Assembly: GCA_964581515.1 (NCBI GenBank)
Contig: CAZOOV010000005.1
Location: 75,025-139,024 of the forward strand
DNA: 64,000 bases
DNA from: an uncultured Methanosarcinales archaeon
GTDB lineage: Archaea > Nanobdellota > Nanobdellia > Woesearchaeales > JACJVV01
Direction: 5' to 3'
Shown: in pieces, positions 58,521-64,000 of the stretch
Layout: the number at the start of each line of letters is the position of its first letter
Numbering within the stretch: the stretch's first letter is position 1
Notes under the pieces: generated by a model
The model's database searches: none
Seen by the model: only the letters and a program-made list of their open reading frames with translations
Told to the model about the DNA's origin: nothing
Position numbers and translations under genes: made by a program

Positions 58521-59081
58521 TTATTTCTTCTTTCCACTGGCTTTCTTTAGATTTTCAATCAGTTTTTCTACAGCAATATCAATTGCATCACTGGATTTTG
58601 TTCCTGTGCAAACAATTTTTCCATTGCTGAAAAGCAAAAATGTCGCTTGGCAGTCTCTAAGCTTGTAAACAAGTCCAGGAAACTGTTCAGGTTCATATTC
58701 TGTGTTCTCTAATTTCATAGCAAGCTCATTTAGATTAAGAGCAATGCCTATTTCACCTGATGCAACAATGTTTTGGATTGTGATTTCTGGAGTAATTTTG
58801 ATTTTGACATTGATTTTGTCAAGGCTTTTAATAATTTGTTTAATGGATTCATTAACCTCTTCCATTGTTCTTGCGCCTGTACAAACGATTTTACCTGATG
58901 AAAAGATTAGTGCGGATGTTTTTGGTTCTTTAATCCTAATTACTAATCCTGGAAACTGTTCAGGGTTATATTCTGTGTTTGATAGCGTCGCAGCCATCTT
59001 TTCTAAAGGAATAGCTTTTTCGAAAGATGTAGAAACAACAATGTTAACAATTCTAATATTCTTTGGTTCTGGCTTTGCCAT
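58521..59081 (-). CDS. tbp: TATA-box binding protein
   Basis: 186 aa. Two direct repeats of the TBP fold (NIVVSTSFEKAIPLEKMA... / NIVASGEIGIALNLNELA...), each with the FPGLV(I/Y) motif. Confidence 0.9.
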   Translation of the reverse strand: MAKPEPKNIRIVNIVVSTSFEKAIPLEKMAATLSNTEYNPEQFPGLVIRIKEPKTSALIFSSGKIVCTGARTMEEVNESIKQIIKSLDKINVKIKITPEITIQNIVASGEIGIALNLNELAMKLENTEYEPEQFPGLVYKLRDCQATFLLFSNGKIVCTGTKSSDAIDIAVEKLIENLKKASGKKK

Positions 59082-59326
59082 TTTTATACCCCCATGTAAA
59101 TGGTAATTTATAAAGGGAAAAGCGTTTTAGTATTTAAATACTTCGTTTTGAAAATAACTATTTCAGAATATATATATTTAAATGAGTGTGCCCCCTTAAT
59201 TTCATTTGGAAATGAATATATTTTGTGTTTTTCTTATTCTTTTTTTACTATTTTCGTATTTATTTTAAATATATAAATAAAATGCTCTTTTCTTGTTTGT
59301 TAAAATTATGATTATTTTAAGATTAT

Positions 59327-60229
59327 TTATGCTGATTCAGCTTTCTTTGCATCTCTTGCTGCATCAGCAGTATCTTCTAGGGCGTGTTGTTCATAAGATG
59401 CTATTAACTTCATCGCACCAATTGCATTTTGGAGAATTTCTCTTTTTTTATGAACTGTTTCAGAGACATTTTTGACAATATGTTCTTGGACTACTTCTTT
59501 TTTTGTTCTTGCATCAGCTAATTTTATTATATCATCATTTAAATTTTCTATTTTTCTAAATTGTCTTCTTGCAATCTGAATTTGATGTATTATTCTTTTT
59601 TCGTCAGTTACAAGATCCTTGAGTTCATCAACACTATCTCTGACTTCTCTAGCTTCTTTGTTTAATCTATGTCTTTCTTCTTTACTTTCAGCATGATCAA
59701 ATCTTGCTTCTCTATCTGCTGCAGCTTCTTTTGCTTCATCATGTTCTATCTTATGTTCTTCATGATTTGTATATCTTTTTATTCTTTGGCTGAGTTTTTT
59801 AGAATCTGCAAGAAGACCCCATATTTTTTTTATAATATGATTCTCTTCTGAGCATAAACTTATAACCTCTTGAGCTTCTGGGATACCCTCTCCGCTTTTT
59901 TCAAGACCTGCATGATGTTCTTGTTTTAAAAGTCGAAGAACAGCGGGCATAATCCTTTCTTCAGAATTCACTCTTGATTCTAATGCGTGAATTAGGCTCA
60001 TTATTGTTTCTGTTTCTTGAATCTCATGTTGTTCTGCAGCTATTTCTTTTGGTGCTGTATGGACAAAACTATCAAGTTCTTCCCTGGTTTTCATATCATC
60101 CTTTTCTACTCTAAGCTCTTCTTTCTCTTTTTTTCTTTCACTTGAATGATGAGTAATCTTATAACTATAAAGTCCTGCTCCAACTAATAAAGCGATTCCA
60201 TAAATTGCACTCACCATGCCTAATGCCAT
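59327..60229 (-). CDS. membrane-anchored His-rich coiled-coil protein (possible hemerythrin-like metal-binding helices)
   Basis: 300 aa. N-terminal TM (MALGMVSAIYGIALLVGAGLY), then a long charged helical region with recurring H-x3-E / H-x2-H spacing (HEEHKIEHDE, FDHAESKEERH). Confidence 0.3.
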   Translation of the reverse strand: MALGMVSAIYGIALLVGAGLYSYKITHHSSERKKEKEELRVEKDDMKTREELDSFVHTAPKEIAAEQHEIQETETIMSLIHALESRVNSEERIMPAVLRLLKQEHHAGLEKSGEGIPEAQEVISLCSEENHIIKKIWGLLADSKKLSQRIKRYTNHEEHKIEHDEAKEAAADREARFDHAESKEERHRLNKEAREVRDSVDELKDLVTDEKRIIHQIQIARRQFRKIENLNDDIIKLADARTKKEVVQEHIVKNVSETVHKKREILQNAIGAMKLIASYEQHALEDTADAARDAKKAESA

Positions 60230-60261
60230 TTTATTATAATATTTTTATCTTATTTCTTATT

Positions 60262-60798
60262 TTATTCTTTTTTTCTATTTGTTGCAAATCCTAATGCTAC
60301 TCCTACTATTATTGCGATTAAAAATGCCCAAAGCCATCCCCAATCTTGAAGTACGCTTCCAGTTATCCAAAAAAATACTAAGCCACCTACAACAATTGCA
60401 GCCCAACGTCTGACTCTTTCTGCACTAGATTCCATATTCTTATACATCCCTACACCTGCAAGCATAGATAGGGCAACTATCATGAAAACCCCCCATGGTC
60501 CAGCAAGACCATTGACAAGAGCGTCTACTTCTCCCTTTGTTTGCCATCCTAATGAAGCCATAGCAAGGAGTGCTAAGCACCAAGAAATGACATTTCCATA
60601 AGTATTAACTTTCTGATCGCCACTACCTTCAAACATAGGTATTTTGCTTAGAAGTGCTTTAAATAAGAATGCACACATGACTGTGCAGACTGTCATAACA
60701 AGAAAGTATAATGCATATTTTGACTTGAAGATTTCATGTATGAATTTACCTAATGTCTTAAATCCATCCACCAAATCTGTCATGCCTTGATCAGCCAT
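60262..60798 (-). CDS. hypothetical integral membrane protein
   Basis: 178 aa, four predicted TM helices, Trp-rich. Confidence 0.3.
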   Translation of the reverse strand: MADQGMTDLVDGFKTLGKFIHEIFKSKYALYFLVMTVCTVMCAFLFKALLSKIPMFEGSGDQKVNTYGNVISWCLALLAMASLGWQTKGEVDALVNGLAGPWGVFMIVALSMLAGVGMYKNMESSAERVRRWAAIVVGGLVFFWITGSVLQDWGWLWAFLIAIIVGVALGFATNRKKE

Positions 60799-60932
60799 TT
60801 TATTGTCCTTTTAGCGTTAAATCTACTCTAATCCTACATTAATTCAAATATTGGAAATAACACTATATAAAGTTTTTTGAAATGGAGCATAGAATCAATT
60901 CGTATTTATTTTTAATAATTGCTTTTAATAAT

Positions 60933-61430
60933 TTATTTTGGCAATTCATCTAATGCTCTAATGAAGTACATTGCAATGTTTCCAAGTTCATAGGTTAATT
61001 TATGTTGAGGGTGTGAGCTAGCACTATATCTATACATCATTAATGTTCCTATGATTTCTTCAGCTATTTCTTTTGTGAGGGTTGAGGGGGAATTTTTTTC
61101 TTTATCTGTGTATATTTTAGTAGCAGATATATAGTTCTTTATCATATTGATATCTTCTTTTATTCTTTCATTTATTTCTTGGTTTAAAATAGCGTCTTCA
61201 TGTCCTATTCCATATTGTATTTTAAGGAAAATAAGCCTATCTCTATAGATATAAATATTTTTGATTTCTTCAGGAGTTAGAGGTCTTTGAATATTACTCT
61301 CAATAATATTCATAGCTTTTTGGTAATATTTTGATGATGTTACTAATCTTTCACTTTCTTGCATGTATTCTGTTCCTGTTAGTTCACTAAGCCTTTTTTC
61401 TAAATCCATCTCATAAATTATATCATTCAT
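60933..61430 (-). CDS. hypothetical protein
   Basis: 165 aa; overlaps the upstream Lrp gene by 8 nt (operon). Confidence 0.3.
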   Translation of the reverse strand: MNDIIYEMDLEKRLSELTGTEYMQESERLVTSSKYYQKAMNIIESNIQRPLTPEEIKNIYIYRDRLIFLKIQYGIGHEDAILNQEINERIKEDINMIKNYISATKIYTDKEKNSPSTLTKEIAEEIIGTLMMYRYSASSHPQHKLTYELGNIAMYFIRALDELPK

Positions 61431-61893
61431 CTTCTTTTGGCACTCTATGCGGATTGCTGAAAAAAGATTCTTTTATTATTTCATCAATAATATAATAGAC
61501 TTGTTTTGTTTTAATGGTATAATTCTCTTCTAGGTATTCAAGAAATTCTTCTAGTCCTTTTACATTTCTAAATATGACTTCTACCATATAATCAAAGCCA
61601 TTGTTTATCTTGCATAAGGAATTGACGTTTTGATGCTTAGTGAGCATTTCAAAAAGATCTTTTTTTGAACTCTTCCCACATTTAATACATATATTTGCTC
61701 TTGCATTATAACCTAAAACTTCAAAATTAAGCAAAGATACGTGTTTTCTTATAGCTCCATTTGATTTTCTTTTTAAGCGATCATAGATGGTTGATATTGG
61801 TATTTGTGTTTTTTTGCTTATTTCTGTAAGTTGTGCTCTTGCATTATTTCTTAGTTGTGTTAAAATCTGTAAATCTTTTTGGTTTATTGCCAT
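61423..61893 (-). CDS. Lrp/AsnC-family transcriptional regulator
   Basis: 156 aa. N-terminal HTH (DLQILTQLRNNARAQLTEISKKTQIPISTIYDRLKR) and C-terminal RAM domain. Confidence 0.75.
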   Translation of the reverse strand: MAINQKDLQILTQLRNNARAQLTEISKKTQIPISTIYDRLKRKSNGAIRKHVSLLNFEVLGYNARANICIKCGKSSKKDLFEMLTKHQNVNSLCKINNGFDYMVEVIFRNVKGLEEFLEYLEENYTIKTKQVYYIIDEIIKESFFSNPHRVPKEDE

Positions 61894-62060
61894 TTTTGCC
61901 TCCTTTTTTTAAATTTCTGTCGAGGTTTTTGATTTATTATATAACCTCTAGAATAATTAAGGAGAAATATATGTTATATAACTTACTTCTATAAAATATA
62001 TTTGTTATATTTATTATATAACAATAATCTATATAAGAAAGTTATATCTTATTATATCAT

Positions 62061-62942
62061 ATGAAAAGAAAACTGGTCAAACAAGGAAATGGGGCACTTA
62101 CAATCACATTACCCTATCAGTGGTTATCTAAAAATAATTTAGAAAAAGGAGATTATGTTGATTTGATTGAGTCTGGTAAAGATTTTATTTTATCTTTAGA
62201 TGCAAAGAAAGTAAACAAGGCATATGAAATTACGGTTTCTAAAGATAAACCTTTTTTCAAAAGATATATCAGAACATGTTATGTGTTAGGATATGATTCT
62301 ATCACTATTGTAGCTGAAAATACATTACCTTTGAAATTAATAAAAGAAATATTAAGTAATTTAATTGGTTATGAGATTATTGAGCAGACAACAAAGAGAT
62401 GTGTGATTTCTGTTGTTGCTTCACCTTATGATGAGAATTTTGATGCAATACTTAAAAGGATATTTTTTATGTTAGAATCAATGGTGGACGAAATTATTTC
62501 TGTATTTGATTCTAAGGATTATGAAAGTCTACAGGAAATTGCTGCAATGGAGGGTTCTATAAATACATTTGTAGATTTTTGTTTAAGGATTTTGAATAAA
62601 AAAGGTTATGTTGATTTTCGTAAAACTCCTTATTTATATCAGATTTTAGCGCAATTAGAACAGATTGGTGATGGACTGCGTGATTTGGCAACACATTTAT
62701 CTCCTAGATCAGCTAAGATTAAAGATGTTGTTACAAATTACCGAGAGTATTTTATTCATTTGAGACAATTATTCTATAAGTATGATATGAAAAAAATTAA
62801 AGTTATAAAGAATATTAGATTAAATCTTTATGATCAAGTTAGGAAAGCAGTACATACTTATCCAGAAGAGATGCTTGATTTGTATATGTTAGTTTCAATA
62901 TTACATCAATTTGAGATTGCGCTTGATCCTATAAATAATTAA
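62061..62942 (+). CDS. AbrB/SpoVT-domain fused to PhoU-like domain regulator
   Basis: 293 aa. N-terminal swapped-hairpin AbrB-like KQGNGALTITLPYQWLSKNNLEKGDYVDL; the rest is a helical PhoU-like repeat region. Confidence 0.6.
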   Translation: MKRKLVKQGNGALTITLPYQWLSKNNLEKGDYVDLIESGKDFILSLDAKKVNKAYEITVSKDKPFFKRYIRTCYVLGYDSITIVAENTLPLKLIKEILSNLIGYEIIEQTTKRCVISVVASPYDENFDAILKRIFFMLESMVDEIISVFDSKDYESLQEIAAMEGSINTFVDFCLRILNKKGYVDFRKTPYLYQILAQLEQIGDGLRDLATHLSPRSAKIKDVVTNYREYFIHLRQLFYKYDMKKIKVIKNIRLNLYDQVRKAVHTYPEEMLDLYMLVSILHQFEIALDPINN

Positions 62943-62981
62943 GAAATAAAAAAATAATGTTTTAATTTTCTGTTAAATTAT

Positions 62982-63212
62982 TTATTTTTTCTTTGATCCA
63001 AGCCAATTAGCAAGTAGCATTGTTAAACCGACTACAACTATAGTTGTTACAACTGCTGCAATTGTTAATCCTACTACCCCTTCAGAATTTTCATATAAAG
63101 GTCGAAGCCAGGCTTGTATTGCATCTTTCCACACTAATGCTGCTACAAATGCAAGAGCCGCAGTCATTAATGTAAGTGTTTGTTCTTTCACTTGTTTGAT
63201 AATTTTTACCAC
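62982..63212 (-). CDS. small membrane protein
   Basis: 76 aa, two predicted TM helices, KKK tail. Confidence 0.3.
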   Translation of the reverse strand: MVKIIKQVKEQTLTLMTAALAFVAALVWKDAIQAWLRPLYENSEGVVGLTIAAVVTTIVVVGLTMLLANWLGSKKK

Positions 63213-63320
63213 CCCCTAAGTGACTTATGATGTACATAATATTTAATATTTATATTTTCTTTCCTTTTCAATTGCACACGTCCCAAAACCTTTATAATCT
63301 CCAGATTACACATCTCATCC

Positions 63321-64000
63321 ATGCAAGGCATCAAAGAACTTTCAGCGCTTGATCTTCATTATTTATTGAATGAGTTCGAAATTCTGAAAAATTCAAAAGT
63401 AGAAAATATTTATCAAAATAAAGGCACACTTTATTTAGTTCTGCATATATCAGGGAAAGGTAAAAGAATACTAAAAATAATGCTTCCTCATTTTATATAT
63501 ATGACTGAATATAAAGAGGAGATGCCTGAAACTCCGCCTCAATTCTGTTCTTTAATAAGAAAATATCTAAGAAATGCAAGACTTAGAAATGTAGAACAGA
63601 TTGATTTTGAAAGAATCATAAAAATAACTTTCTCTTCAAAAGATCAAACTTATTATTTAATAATAGAATTATTCAGCAAAGGAAATATTATCCTATGTAA
63701 CAGTAATATGAAAATCATCTACCCTATGACTCATCAAAAATGGAAAGATAGGACAATAAAAGGTGGTCAGCAATATATTCATCCTGAAAAATCAATAAAT
63801 ATCCTAAAAGCAAAAAAAGAAGATTTAGAAAAAGCACTTAATGCAACAAAATTAGATTCTGTTGTGACATTTTTAGCCAAATATATTGGCTTTGGAGGAA
63901 ATTATGCTGAAGAAATATGCAGGGATGGAAAAATTAATAAGAAGTCTCTTCCAAAAAAAGTAGATTCAGAAAAATTAATGCAATGCATAAGTAAAACTAT
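63321..64000 (+). CDS. NFACT/FbpA-family protein (Rqc2/NEMF homolog), N-terminal part; runs off window end
   Basis: Not in ORF track (no stop in window). Hand translation from ATG 63321 gives MQGIKELSALDLHYLLNEFEILKNSKVENIYQNKGTLYLVLHISGKGKRILKIMLPHFIYMTEYKEEMPETPPQFCSLIRKYLRNARLRNVEQIDFERIIKITF..., matching the NFACT-N domain. Confidence 0.55.
   Translation, partial: MQGIKELSALDLHYLLNEFEILKNSKVENIYQNKGTLYLVLHISGKGKRILKIMLPHFIYMTEYKEEMPETPPQFCSLIRKYLRNARLRNVEQIDFERIIKITFSSKDQTYYLIIELFSKGNIILCNSNMKIIYPMTHQKWKDRTIKGGQQYIHPEKSINILKAKKEDLEKALNATKLDSVVTFLAKYIGFGGNYAEEICRDGKINKKSLPKKVDSEKLMQCISKT

Noticed and set aside
1-64000. Mobile elements, integrases, transposases, CRISPR arrays, rRNA or canonical tRNA genes
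   Set aside because: None found on inspection of all ORFs and intergenic regions; the window appears to be conserved chromosomal backbone.

Overview
This window is AT-rich (~30% GC), gene-dense archaeal chromosome (DPANN-like in style). Nearly all of it is core information-processing machinery, and it contains the Orc1/Cdc6-linked replication origin.

Genes recognised from sequence:
- Replication and repair: Orc1/Cdc6, PolD small (DP1) and large (DP2) subunits, MCM, FEN1, Hjc, an Mre11-like nuclease, histone, GyrA, ScpB, and an OB-fold plus winged-helix RPA32-like protein.
- Transcription and translation: TBP, TFE-alpha, aIF2-beta, NAC, a bacterial-type AspRS, PheS/PheT, GatCAB, and the tRNA-processing enzymes EndA, RNase Z and Trm5.
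- Protein export: SecD, SecF and Sec61-beta.
- Polyamine/hypusine operon: deoxyhypusine synthase, a PLP decarboxylase, a HAD hydrolase, and a partial agmatinase at the window start.
- NfnAB-like oxidoreductase pair.
- Regulators: three TrmB-family proteins, one Lrp/AsnC, one AbrB-PhoU fusion.

Non-coding features:
- An unannotated RNase P RNA (minus strand, ~32453-32766), recognisable by its CR-I and CR-V/P4 motifs.
- A classical archaeal oriC immediately upstream of orc1/cdc6 (46476-46790): inverted ORB elements flank an AT-rich unwinding element, and a mini-ORB sits at the gene start.
- Two GC-rich intergenic patches that are candidate structured ncRNAs (9655-9800 and 39650-39900).

I found no tRNA or rRNA genes, no CRISPR array, and no integrase, transposase or other mobile-element signature. 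The weakest-explained loci are a tightly coupled three-small-ORF cassette next to a TrmB regulator (26504-27483), a membrane-anchored kinase-like protein following a THUMP methyltransferase (17515-20654), a 694-aa orphan protein (5199-7283), and a His-rich membrane/coiled-coil cluster with an Lrp regulator (59327-61893). Several proteins carry unusual low-complexity tails. All functional calls rest on motif recognition by eye; no database search was run.
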